From the human T2T-CHM13v2.0 reference genome, Homo sapiens, in the NCBI RefSeq assembly GCF_009914755.1, contig NC_060925.1: a DNA stretch of 64,000 bases; one strand, written 5' to 3'. The notes under the pieces are model-generated. The model ran no database searches, was not told the DNA's origin, and was given only the letters and a program-made list of their open reading frames with translations. Every line of letters begins with the position of its first letter. Position 1 is the first letter of the stretch. This document shows, piece by piece, positions 30,641-43,840 of the stretch. Made by a program: the position numbers and the translations under genes.

Positions 30641-33600
30641 CATAAAATTTTGACACCACTTCCTACAAAGCAGGGCAGATGGGCTGGAGCCAGCTGTGAG
30701 GCTCAGTGTGCTGTCTCTGTCAACTGCCTGTCACTCAAGAACACGCCTGCCCTCCTGCAAGAGATGCCCAAGGCTGGTAGTCCTTCCTTGGGAAACAGTA
30801 GATGCTGAGGTGTGGGACCAAGCAAGCAGGTAACTGCTGAAACAGACACTGTCACGCTTGACTAATGGATGCCATTAGGTGGAGTGGCTGTTTTCTGCCC
30901 TAGAGTGAATTGCATGGGCCCACTTAAATAGTGGGGGTTTGATATCAGCAGATATTTATGGAGCAGGCCCCGAGGTGGGCTTTGGTAATAATAATACCTG
31001 CTCCACATGGTTTGTGGGTGGATTTTAAAAAATGAGTTGAAACTGCTGATCTCCATGTCAGACACGGTAGAATCTCAATAAAGTATATATTTTTTCTCCT
31101 TCTTGTTCTGTAACATGTTCTTTTCTATCTTAGAACCTGTCACATTTGACATGAGAAGTGGCCATTTTTCCTTCTTAGAGAAAAAGTGGTTTGGGAATTT
31201 TCTGCGAAAGATGTTGGTTTGATACAAGACAATGTAGATTTTGTCTTCTACTCTGACCGCTGATAAGTTGGAATAGAGAAGGGATCTGAAACTCATTTTA
31301 TGGGGTCTGTCTCCCCTCCTGCACGGGATTTCTCACCCAGTTTAGTGAGTGCCTATTAAGCCTGCTCGGTCATGGACACATGCAGAATGGGCCCGTCATC
31401 GCCTGGCAGGCTGGAGCCTTCTCATTTATGCTTCCGCACTTTATATGCTGATAACGTGGTTTTAATACTTTTATAAACATTTGAGTATCTCCTGCAGTCA
31501 TTTATTTTTCAGTTATTTTTAGGGGAAAATAAATTGTCTTTACACTCTAATAAAATCACTGTTCTGCAGCCTTGCACATGCTGAGGGGGTGTGAGCAGGA
31601 GCCAGAAGAGGCTTTGCCCTGAGTGAGTCAGCACTCCTGTTCCGGTGCTGGCAGGGCAGGTACCTGGCCATGGAGCTTAGGGCACGTCCCTTCCCCTTTC
31701 CAGGCCTTAGCACCTTCTACGTCATTTCTGGCATCCATAGTCTGAATGTTCCAGGAGTGTGAGCCAGGTGAATGGGAGCTAAAGGACTTTATTTATTAAA
31801 CAAGTAAGCACCTACTATGTGCCAGGCACAAGGCTGTATCCTAGGGAAACAGACCTGGCCTCTGACCTCAGAGAATATACATTCTGGAGCTGAGAATATA
31901 ATATAGAGAATGTAAGCTCCAGGCAGGCAGGGATTTTTGTTCATTGTGTTCACTGCTGCCCCTCCTCTGGCTGCAATGCCGGCCTCAGCAGGGGAGCATG
32001 GCCTGAATCCCTCCCTGGAGATGGGGACACAGGGTATGCCATGCTGAGCACTGCCTTCCCTTTAGGACTGTTGACATTACTGGGTACCCTGCCTCACCTC
32101 ACACAGCTGGAGGCTGACCACATCCTTCAGAGCTTTACAGACACCTTTAATCCCTGTAATCCATGTGCGGAGAGGGCAGGTTTCGAACCCATTGTGTATG
32201 CAGCACACATCGCCCTGAAAGGCCCGTCCTGGCCCCGTCGATCAACACACCTGCAACACTAGTGACTCCTGCCTCAGATCAATGCTGCTTACAAAGTTGA
32301 GCGGGAGGATCGTGATTTCTTTTTCCTTCCCCTCACATCCTTTCTGGAATAACCAACCATCCTCATGCCCGCTCCTCGGGCCCTGGGAAGCTGGTGGGCT
32401 GTCCTGCAGGGCGGACCTTGGTGTCTTGTTGCTGGCTCCGCACCTGGACTGAGCCCTGGGCATAGTACTTCACATGCAGGACGTCACCCGCTCCCTGCAG
32501 CAGCCTGGTGAGATGGGCTTCATGGGGTTCCAGTGGGGCTGAGTCACATACCCAAGAATGCATGACCAGGAAGTGGCAAAGCCTCCATTCGAGCCTCAGA
32601 CTAACTGATTAAAAATAATAACAATGAACACTTGTGGAGCCCTTCCAGGGACTGAGGTGGTGGACCTGGGCAGGAGGGGCTCTCTGAGCTGGTTCCTGGA
32701 GAACCGTAAAGAGCTGGCCTGTGGGGACAAGAAAGGAAAGGCCACTCTGTTGGGTGGACAGTTGGGACAGAAGCAGGAAGATGAGTGCAGGTGAGGGGCA
32801 GCTGCAGGTCGGTGTCTGCAGTCAGGGGGCAAAGGGCTGGAGAGGTGGGGCCTGATCTTGTGGGGCCTGGAATGCCAAGACAGGAAGATTAGGCTGGAGA
32901 GCCAGAGCACTGGGGGGTTCCACAAAGTCCTTCTCTACGGTTGGCTGGCACCTCACTCACATCCGCCCCTTTTCTTTTGTTCTAGCTCTTTCTCCATGAA
33001 ACATATTTGTGTGTCTCCCCAGGGACAGCTAGAGACACAGCTGCAGATGGTGTCATAGGACAGGGTGCTGGGTGCTGGGTCCTTCCCTATCCTCAGGAGG
33101 CCCTTAATGGCACCCTCCAGGACATCAGTAAAACAGGTCAGCTTTAATCTCTGCAGCTTCACAAAATGATTATCTGCTGTGATCCAGCTAGGAGCCAGGG
33201 CCCTGTTGAGCACCTAGCATGGGCCTTGTTTCATCTTCATGGCATCCCTGATATTTCTGATGTTTCTTATAGTAGCTCCATGATACAGGTGAGAAAATTG
33301 AGGCACAGAGGGGTTTGCCAGCAGTTACATGAAAAGAAAGTGGCCAAGTCAGGTCTTGAAGCTTGGTCTGGTGTATGCTCCCGTGTCTGTGTTCTTTATA
33401 GCTACACGACATCTCTTCTGTATCACTTGTTGTTATTCTCTGTACATTTCTTTCTTTCGTTCTGTTTGTCTTTCTCTCTCTCTTTCTTTTTCCTTCTTTC
33501 TCTTCTTTCTTTCTCTTCCTTCCTTCCTTCCTCACTGCTGCCCCCATCCCTGACCTATTGGAGCAGCATCAGAGGGGCAGCTCATGCCCTTAGTTCAACA

Positions 33601-33651
33601 GCCAATCATGGAGGGCACCTAGCTGGAGGCCTTCCGCATGCTGAGCACTGG

Positions 33652-34040
33652 ACCAGTCAGGATAGGTGAGGCTATGCTTTAGGAACAAACACTCTCAAAG
33701 CACAGTAGCCTAAAACACCCAGATATTTATTTCTTGCGAATCCTACAAATCTACCAAGGGCAGGGTGGAGTAGCTGTGCTCAACATGTCCACCCACAGAC
33801 CCTGGGTGACAGTGCAGCTCTCATACCAGGGGAGAGGAGAGCTCTGGTGGGTTTGGTACCAACTATTAGGTGCTCAACAGGGAAGTGACACAGTATTTCC
33901 ACCTGCACAACTCATTGCCCAGAACTAGCCAGAAGGTCTCACTTTCTGTCTCTCCAGGGGGACGGGAGGAGAGTCCCAGCGTGGTTCCTGAAGGGGGCAG
34001 ATGTGAAAATATTTGGCGAAATGTATGACAACCTCAGGCA
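33652..34040 (-). mobile_element. Old MLT1 (J/K/L-like) LTR
   Basis: cagtcaggataggtgaggctatgc...tttatttcttgc...gaagtgacaca...aaatatttggcgaa. Confidence 0.55.
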
Positions 34041-36263
34041 CCATGGAGGTGTGAGTGGTGGTGACTCTGCCCCCACCTCCCTCCTCGTACCCCCTCCCAC
34101 TCTGCCTGCACCTAGGGAACTTCCAGTTTCAGCAGAGGGACCAGGGCTGATTTTCTTCCCATTCAATCCCGGTGGCCTTGGTGGGTATAATTATCCCAAG
34201 GAGTGGGAGTCAGCAGTTAAATGAATTGATGGTGATGACAGAGCTTGGAAGTCGCTGAGCTGGGATTTGAATCCAGGTCTGTCTGGCTTAAAGCCCAGTC
34301 CTCTCCTCCCTGAACCATAGTGTCCCTCATAGCAGTGAGCCTGGGTGAGATGCAGTGAGGCAGTCAGTCAACACAGCACTGCCATCCAGAGAACTGGGGG
34401 GGGGGGTTTCAGGGGGGGCCGTGCCCTGATGGTGGACAGAATATGAGGGCTGGAGGGAGGGAAAGGCCAGCAGGTGCCCAGGCAGAGGAGAGGAGGCCCT
34501 AGGAGATGAAGGAACTGTGAGCAGATGGCCTGGCTGGGTGGATGTGGGAGGAAGAGGAGAGGAAGAAGGGAAGGGGAGGAGAAAGAGGATGATGAGGAGG
34601 AGGAGGAGTAGCAGGAGAGGGAAAGGATGGGCTGAGATAGAAATGGATTTGGGTGTCAGACAGACCTGAGCTTGAAACCCAAAGCTGCCATTTCCCAGCA
34701 GATTTTAATATTTGTTTAAATCCTCCTTGTTTGTTTAAAGGAAACCACTCCTCGTAAAGTTGATGCGACGTTTATGTAAGATGAGGCAACAAAAATATTT
34801 GGTGGAGTGTCTGATGTTCAGGGGCGCTCAGTAAGAGACATCAACACCAGCCTCCAGATAGAGAACGTTCCCTTTGTGCTAGGCCCTCTGCCAATAGGAT
34901 TGCATCAATCAAGTCACCAAATCCTCAGAACAACCCCCTGATAAGATTCCATTGTTGTGTCCATTTTACAGGTGAGGAATACTGAGGCCAGAGAGGCTGA
35001 TGCCCGCGTCACTCAGCTAGTCGGTAGATGGCCCTTTACTTTTCATTTTGGGCTTCAGAGCCTGACAGCCAAGCTCTGGGTGAAGGAAGCACACGCAGAC
35101 CCCAACACCATGACCACCCTCCCCCTGCCACCATCCCTCCATTCCTGCACTCTGCCAAATCCTGAGCCTATCCCCAGATAGCTTCATTTCCCCAGAGAGG
35201 GAGCCACTTCATTACAAAGGTCCCTCTCCACAAAGACAGAACACGGAGGCCGATTAAAGCCCGTCAGCCCGGCATCACTTTTGTAATCGATGCTCTGTGA
35301 CTGTGAATCGGGTGTCTGTCGGCAGCTGCCTAATTTTAGCTGGGTCTTTGCAGGCTTCTCACCAGGCTCACCCGCCCCAGTGGATGGGCAGAGAGGTTCT
35401 GAGAAGCATCATTGATCTTTTGACTAAAGTGTCCTAATGAAATACAAATCTGCCATTTCTCAGAGAGCTGTCTGTCGTGGTGGCACAGAAGAGATGCCAC
35501 TGGGAGAGCCAGAACCATAATTTCATGTAAAACCCATCTTGCATGGTGCCCTGCAACCCACCTCTTCCTTGCCTTGACCTTGGCCCCCCAGTTCAGTCCT
35601 GGGAAATCGATGCCTTTTACTGTTTCAACTTTGGCACAGAGCGATGGGGGAAGAGCTGTCAATAGGTGTTAAAGACATTCCCAGTTGTGGGCAAGCTCCC
35701 TGTTAGGGGGTCCTGGTCTCTGGCAGTGAGTTGGCACTGCCAACATGTTTACTTGCATGGGGGAGATTCAGTGTCCCTGGCCGTGGGCATTCTGCCCAGT
35801 GTAAGTGACTAAGGAGGCAGCAGGGGTGAAGGGTTTTCAGGGCATCTGGAGTCCCTGGAAATGTAAAAAAAAAAAAAAATTGTCCATGGGGCGAAAGTGG
35901 GTAGAATAAGTAAATGCTGTCTTCATCTTGCAACCAGATAGTGGGGACTTTAGAAAAGGAGGGAGAGAGAATAGCAACTACCACTTGGGGACAGATGTTA
36001 TGGTAGGACCAGGTCATCAGATGTGACTTGGGAGAAGATCCTGGGGCTCCAACTATTTCATCATGGAAGTGGGACCTCTAAGACCCAGGAAAGGAAGGGC
36101 AACCTTTTCCATGATCACCCCACAAATCAGTGGCAGGAAGAGAGATACAGATGTCCCCAGTTAGATTTTCAGCTTCTTAAGAGGAATTGTCCCTGTGCAC
36201 AGAACATCGTGGAAAGAATATGATTTCTCTCAGCCAGCACTGAGTGTGCCCAACAGTCTAGAT

Positions 36264-36587
36264 GAGGGGTCAGCAAACTATAGCCCATGGGCCATATGTG
36301 GCTCCACAGTCTGATTTTGTAAATAAAGTTTTATTGGAACAGACACATTCATTTACCTACTAAGTGTCTAAAGCTGCTTTCACACTGTAACTGCAAAGTT
36401 GAGTTGTTTCAACAGAGATGGTATAATACACAAAGCCTAAAATATTTACATTTTATAATTAAATATTTCAATTAAATATTAATTATAATCAAATATTTAC
36501 AACTGTATAATAAAATTAAATATTTATAATTAATTACAATTAAATATTTAAATCTGGCCCTTTATGGAAAACATTTGCTAACCCCTT
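36264..36587 (+). mobile_element. MER58A hAT-Charlie MITE with internal AT-rich expansion
   Basis: TIRs aggggtcagcaaa / tttgctaacccct. 8-bp TSD gtctagat / gtctaggt. Confidence 0.9.
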
Positions 36588-36801
36588 GTCTAGGTCCCTG
36601 AAGGGATCTTACACATAATTTACACAATGGTTTTATGTACATTTTAGTGTTATTATTGAAGTCAGAAACTTATTTTCAAATGGATCTGACATAGATTCCC
36701 CAAAATCTAAAATTAGAGCAGCAAAACTTTTCAGATTGCAGTGGAGAGGGGGCTGAGCCTGCCCATTCCTGGCCTCCTCTTAGCCTGCTCTGGTCCCCAA
36801 G

Positions 36802-36998
36802 TAGAGGTACTGGATAAAATATAGGACACCTGGTTATGTTTGAGTTCTAGATAAACAATAATTTTTTAGTATAAGTATGTCCCAAATATTGTATGGGGCA
36901 TACTTACACTAAACAAATATTCATTGTTTAGCTGAAAGTCAAGTGTAACTGAGAATCTATCCATCTTATATTTTTATTTGCTTAATCTGGCAACTCAA
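36802..36998. mobile_element. MER53 palindromic hAT MITE
   Basis: Inverted arms tagtataagtatgtccca / tggggcatacttacacta and ataaacaat / attgtttag. Terminal tctggcaac. Confidence 0.85.
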
Positions 36999-37141
36999 CT
37001 TTTGAGCCACCACAGAGGAAGAACCTAGGTGAAAATGATTAGCCTCTGGAATAGATTTCAAACTCAGCTTGCCATTTCAAGTCTGGCCTTGGCCAAACTC
37101 TGCAGCGTCATCACCTGCCCTGACCTTCCCCCACTCCTTCC

Positions 37142-37519
37142 TGTATTAGTCCATTCTCACACTGCTGTAAAGACACAGCCGTGAATGGGTAATTTATAAA
37201 GGAAGGATATTTAATTGACGCACAGTTCTGCATGGCTGGGGAGGCCTCAGGAAACTTACAATCATGGCGGAAGGAGAAGGGGAAGCAAAGACCTTCTGCA
37301 CATGGTGGCAGGAAAGAGAAGTGCAAGCAGGGGAAATGCCAGACACTTATAAAACCATCAGATCTCATAGGAACTCACTCACTGCCATGAGAACAGCAGG
37401 AGGGAGAATGTCCCTATGATCCAATCACCTCCCACAGAGAAGCAGATCTCTCCTTCAACACCTGGGGATTTACAATTCAAGATGAGATTTGGGTGGGGAC
37501 ACAAAGCCTAACCTTATCA
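37142..37519 (-). mobile_element. THE1D-like solo LTR
   Basis: tgtattagtccattctcac...gggaaatgccagacacttataaaaccatcagatctc...cctaaccttatca. Confidence 0.9.
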
Positions 37520-39131
37520 CCCCCCCATCCTTCACTCTCCAGCTCCACGGAGCTCTTTTTTGCTTCCTTCCACACCGCTGTTCCCCTGCCCAGATGCCTC
37601 CACAGACCCTGATCCCCAAGCTCAGCCTTTCTGCTTGGCCAGTTCTGCAGAATCACCTCTCATGAGGTGTCCATCTATAGATTCAGCAGGTGCAGGTAAA
37701 CAGAAGCCAGGAAACCACAGATTCAGAGCTCCTGGCTTAGAGTCATTGTGGAGCAGGGATTCATGGAGAGGAGTGTAGGCAAAATCACGGGCATTTTTAA
37801 GCTACTAGTCAGATCTCTCTTTTTCTTCCTGAACACATGGAGTTGAAATCACAAATTATCCTGTGTCTACACAGGGCAGTGAGCCCTTTAAGGGCAGACA
37901 TGGTATCTTTTTCAACTCATCTCTGCGGCTCCTCTTGTGATCCTGTGAAAGACAGGAAGGGAAAAGCAGTTCAAGAGGGAGGCCCAGCAGAAGCAAAGGC
38001 ACCATAGTGAGGGCGAGTGCCGCAGACCCCGGGAACAGGGCAAAGCAGAGGAGGAATGAGAATAACAGGAGGGACAGTAAGGCCCTGCAGAGAGAGCTGG
38101 GCTTAGCATGGGGCCCACGTGCATGTGGATTCTGACTGCCCACTTCTGGCTGCTTCCCTGAGCCTCTGTTTTCTCACCTATAAAATGAGGATCGTGATCG
38201 GCGCCTCACAGTGTTATTGTGGAGATGAAATAGGAGAATGTATTAGGTTGAATGATAGAAAGTTGTTGCTATTTCAACCTATATTTTCAGCCTACGAAAT
38301 TGGCAATTTCACAGTGATTACCCTAATATATAGAGTGTTAATTCCTTGCATGGTGCCTGGCACATAGTAGATGCTCATTTTAATGAAAGCTCTTATTATG
38401 AAGGGTAACTACAGTGGGCCCTGCCTGCGGGCCAGGGCAAGTTTCCAGAGAATCCCAAAGCCAGAGCAATGAAGACCCCAGGAGGAGGTTGGCGTCCCTC
38501 TGCAGCCCTGACCGGCCCTTCTAGGGATGGGCTGTGCTTTTGAATAGTTAAGGGTCATGGCTTCTCTGCATCAGAGACTCCTGTCCCTGCTTTAACCTTC
38601 CCCTGCTAACCTGCCGAGAGCCTAGCATTGTCTCAAGTGGCACTGAAAAGCTTGTGGCCCGGCCTTGTGGCCTGGAGGATTTCCAAGGTGTCACCACCAA
38701 GCAGGTGCTGGTGGCATCTCAGAGCAAGGCCTGAGGGGCTTCTGCCTTCTCTCCAGGGGATTCCTCCCTGCTCCTTTCCAGAAGCTCAGAGGCTTTCACT
38801 GGTAACGTCAGGCCAGGTTCATGTGGGAACTGGATTTCTGGAAAGCAGACCTTGGCAGGGGCCCTGGAGAACATGTGAATTCCCCCAGTGACTGAGCTCC
38901 CATGGCTGCCTCTGAGGAGTGAAAAGGGGAGTGGGCAGGAACAGGACAGGGAGGGGAGAGGAGGTGATGGGCCCCATGAGGATATGGCCACTCTCATTCG
39001 CTCCAGGTGACTATTCAATGGGGCAAAATTATCCCCGAATCCCCTTTATCTCCATTAAGTGCTTCTAGGAAAGACTGACTTGATATTTTGGGTAGGTGGG
39101 AAGAAAAGTGAGAGACAATAATTTTCAATAG

Positions 39132-39492
<361 letters not shown>

Positions 39493-40184
39493 TAGCTTTG
39501 AGTGCTTTTTAATGTCTCTAAATGGCGCCAGGTGAGGTGAGAAGCCAGGTCTGACACCCAGCCCTTCTGCAGAAGGTGCTCCAGGGTCCCCTGCATGTCC
39601 CTGCTCTGGGTGAGGGACCGGAGGCAGGGAATCTGGGTCCTGGTGTCATCCTCTGGAAAATGGGGATAACAATAGTACTCATCCCCTTGGGTTGTTGTTT
39701 GAAGGGTTTACCACCCTGTTTATCCCACTCAGGACATTTTGGCTACTCCTACTATTATTTTATTATTATTATTCCTACAGTGCCCCCAGAAAAGTTGTGC
39801 CAATTCTTGTGACAGATGAAAGATTCTAAAAGCACCTCCAGAGTGCTTTAGACACAGATATGAGACCAAGTGAGCTGGCTTCTTGTCGTCTCTGACACCA
39901 CACAAGATCTTACTGATCTAACTCTCTTTCTGAGTCTCAGTATTTTCATCTGTGAAATGTGCTTAGGATCTTATGCAATGGCTGACAACCCTTTTAGGTG
40001 ATGAATTTGTGAATACAGATGTCCAGAAAGCAAGGCACTCTTTTAAATAGAACAGACAGACCTTTTGCAATCATTCAAATGACTCAGGAAAACTTGTTGG
40101 ATGAAGTGAAGATAAACCTCATGCCTGGCTCATGATTTATTCTGAGTTATTTTTTGTCTACTGTACTTTCTATATATCCATTTG

Positions 40185-40685
40185 TTAGTTTAATATGCAT
40201 TTATTAGAAAGCACCATGGGCAAGGTTGGGGTTTGGGGAGACAGAAATTCATTGTTTTGGGCAGTGGGAATGCAATTGTGAAAAAGGTAGACAAGGACTC
40301 TGCCCTGAAGGAGCTCACATTCTGGAGGGGGAGGTGGGATATAAGTAAATACATCAATAAATAGGTTGATTTCCAACCATGATGAGAGCTACTAAGGCAA
40401 TAGCTGCAGATGATGTACAGGATTGAGGCCTGATGGACAGGAGGAGGGAAATGTCTGATAGGATGATCAGGGAGGGCTTCTCAGAGGAGGTGATGTTTGA
40501 ATTCAGCCTTGAACAATGAGGAGCCAGCCATAAGGCTGCTGCGGGGGAAGAGAGCCCCAGGCAGAGGAACAGCACATGCAAAGCTCTGGAGGTGAGTGTG
40601 AGCTCGGAACTCAGAAAAGGCTGGTGTGGCTGGAGCGTAGTAAGGTGGGGAGAGCAGTAGGAGATGAAGTCAGAGGTAGAATTGT
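40185..40685 (-). mobile_element. L2 3' part
   Basis: ctgccctgaaggagctcacattctgg...cagggagggcttctcagaggaggtgatgtttga. Confidence 0.8.
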
Positions 40686-41539
40686 GAGGATTAAAAGTTC
40701 TCAGCCCAGTTTTCAGCACATGGTAGCTCCTTTTTAACTGTTACTTATTATTACCTATGATCACAGTGCTGAGACCTCACTTGGGTACAGGAAACATGGG
40801 TAGGATTAGAGAGAGGAGAACAATTTTGAGGATCTTGAAGTTCCTCCTGGACCCATGAATTTGTGAAGAAGAGGCTTGCAAACACTTTGCTCATTTTAGT
40901 AGGGTGAATACTTTCACTTCTAGTCTTGTTTATATTATTAATTGGTTTAGCAAAACAATTCTTCCCATAGCAAACACAAAGGTGCCCAGAATTATGATCA
41001 GTTTTCATTAGTGAGATTTTATTGTACTTCCAAAGACAGATCTAAGTTTCCCTGTGAAAATGTAAAGATTAATTCAAGACTCAGAACTCATTTTTTTTTT
41101 TTTTTTTTTTTTTTTTGGTTTTGGAAGTATCTGACAGTATTCTAATATTAGCAAAATTGTGAATTCAGCAGGATTTCACTTTTATATGCTTGGAAACTTC
41201 TCTCATCCTAGGCCCCTCTGCCTCCCAGGATGCCAGTCTCCTAGGGCTCTTCTAGGACGGCCTATCCAGGGTCCCCCAGGTTGGCCCTGGTTTCCCAAGG
41301 CTAGTCTTTTCCATGACTTACAGGACTGGAACCAGCGTTAAAGGTCAGGGAGCCCATTTCACAGACGAGGAAAGCAAGGTCAGAGAGGGAAAGAAACTAC
41401 TCTTAGGATGCCTATCAGGAATACAATCTGGGACAAGGACATCTCCTCAAGGCTTGTTAAACCACAGCACATGGAGCGCAGCTGCTGTTGCCAGATACAC
41501 AAAAGATCAGTTCTGCCAATAACTGGAATTAATTCATTA

Positions 41540-41945
41540 ATGGATTCATTCTAAAGACATTCATTGAGCTGACAGGGTGCCAGAAAATGTGCAAGACACT
41601 AGTGAAACAGAAGAGAATAAGATTAAATCTCTGTTCTCAAGGGCAGGGAGTCGGGGTAGCTGGGCAGGGGGGCTGTGAACCGACGGAGACCAAGCACAGT
41701 ATGCCAGTGGGCAGGATGGAAGGTTTACCAGAGAAGGTGACACCCAAGACTGGCTTTGCTGTGCAGGTGGTAGAAGTCATCCAAGGCAGAGGGAACCCCT
41801 GGGCAAGACCTGCGGTGGAGTGAGTGCGCAGCACTGAGGACCCTGCAAATATTCAGATGAGTCAGGCTGAGTGCAGTAGGGGTGTGGCTGGAAGGGACTG
41901 GATAGGTAGCCTGGGGCCAGATCACCAAGGCATTTGAATGCCTGC
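41540..41945 (-). mobile_element. L2 3' part
   Basis: gacattcattgagc...ggggccagatcaccaaggcatttgaatgcc. Confidence 0.65.
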
Positions 41946-43389
41946 CAAGTGCTCAGTAACATTCCCTCCTCTCTCCATTCTGCAAAGAGCCCTTCATTTC
42001 TTTCCTGTTTGCTCCTTGATACTCCATGTTATTTTGGTTGCGTTGCCAATCCACTACCTCCCTTCCCGCATAGGAGTGAGCATGTGACCTGGAAGTGACC
42101 AATCACAAGTTCCCATCCAAGTGGCTGCTGCGATTGGTGCAGAGGCAGGCACGTGGCTCAAGCCAGAGCAAGCAGAGCCCCTCTGGGGCGTCGTGGGGTC
42201 AGGGGTGTGTGTGGGTCATGAATGGATGCTGGGTGGGGAAAGGTCTCTCCTTCCTACGGGTCCACTGGCTGGGTGGCTGTCAGGCTGGTACTATCTTGGG
42301 CGTGGCCTCTCCACCCATCTGGCCATTTGGAAGAGAGTATGAGCTGGGCTTTTGACCTTGTATTATGTAAACGGGCTTCATACCCAGGTCTGAGTGCAGA
42401 GCCGTGCTCTGATCATGAATTGCCTAATTGCATGCAGTGCTCACCAGAAGCCAGTGCCCACGCACCTGCCTCTCCTGGCTGCCTCCAGCCCTTTCCACCC
42501 CAGCCCTCTGCCTTCCTGACTCATCTTTAAGTAAAGGCTTTTCTTCGCCTCCGTGCAGCGCTCCGAAGCTCTGCTTTCCTGGAAGAACTGGGACACCTCT
42601 ATCCATAGTGTTCTCAGGAAGCCCAGACGTCTCAATTATTCATTAGTCTGACTTCTCCATCAAAGGGTCTGAAGTTCTAGAAAACTTTCTCCAGTAGCCT
42701 GCTGTGGGAGTCGCAGGGTCCTACTGTTTAGTGAGCCAGGAAGAGAAATGAGCCTGTTGCTCCCAAAGGGCAGACTGGCTGCTTGATCTAAAATAGGAGA
42801 GGAAGAAGGTTGACCTGGTTTGTGCTGGGTTTTTTTTGGGGGGTGGGTGGATGGCCTTCTAGGACTGTACCCCAGGGGGTTGGGCCAGGATTCAAGGCAA
42901 GAGCAGGGGACCTCTGGGTGCTGCTGGCACTTGCGGTGGGTGGGCAGGGTGGAGGGGAATGACTGTTTGGAGGAGAATGAAATCCTGCCCTGGCCTGTGT
43001 CCATCTGTGCACAGCCCCACGTGAGGGACCCTGGGCCACTAAGGTTCGGTCTCCCCTACCACCTCTGGTCTCTGTGAACTCCAGGACTTCATGACACCCC
43101 AGATCTATTTTTAACAAGCTTATTAACTTTAAAAAGTTTATTTGCATTCAGTTTTCACTCAACTAAAGCCAACAGCCTTTGCAAGCTTGCCTTATGGAAA
43201 CTGAAAGCTGGAAGGGGCCTTAGAAGTCACAAGGTCTAACCCCTTTAGAGGGTTCCCCATGTCTCAGGAGAGGGTCCTATCTATAGCACAGGACTAGAGA
43301 TCTGTCACATGCTGGCCCCAGGACGCTTCCAGCTCCACTCTGGCCACAGTAGACATTCCCCCAACATGTTATGAACCTGCACTGCTGTG

Positions 43390-43840
43390 GGCCTTGGCTC
43401 CTGTGTTGCCCCATCTGGAATACCCTGAAGACACTTCCCCTCTCCCACCTGGTCCAATTCTAAGCATCCACCATGAGATCGCGTCTCCTCCTTGGAACCT
43501 TCCTGATCCCACCAGGCAAAACTAACTGCTCTGTCTTTCATCTCCCATTGAGGTCTCAGCTCAAATGTTCCCTTCTCACAAAGACCTTCACTGACCCAAC
43601 ATCTGATGGGCACTGTCCTTTCCCCACCTCAATAGCATGACCCAGTTTTGATTTCTTCACTGTACCTGTCCCTACCTGGAATAGTCTTGCTGATGCATTG
43701 CTTATCTGTCTCTTTCTGCCTCCCCATTCCATGGTGTCAGCTCTTGGGGTGCAGGGACCTTGTCTGTTCACTGCTGCAGCCCAGGCCCCACACAGGGCTG
43801 CACAGGGTGGAACCACAGTGAGCCTTTTTGGGGTGAATAA
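43390..43840 (+). mobile_element. L2 fragments
   Basis: ggtctcagctcaaatgttcccttctca...gcagggaccttgtctgttcactgctg. Confidence 0.7.

Noticed and set aside
41091-41116. T26 run as a processed-pseudogene or retroelement tail
   Set aside because: No adjacent element body, poly(A) signal or TSD found.
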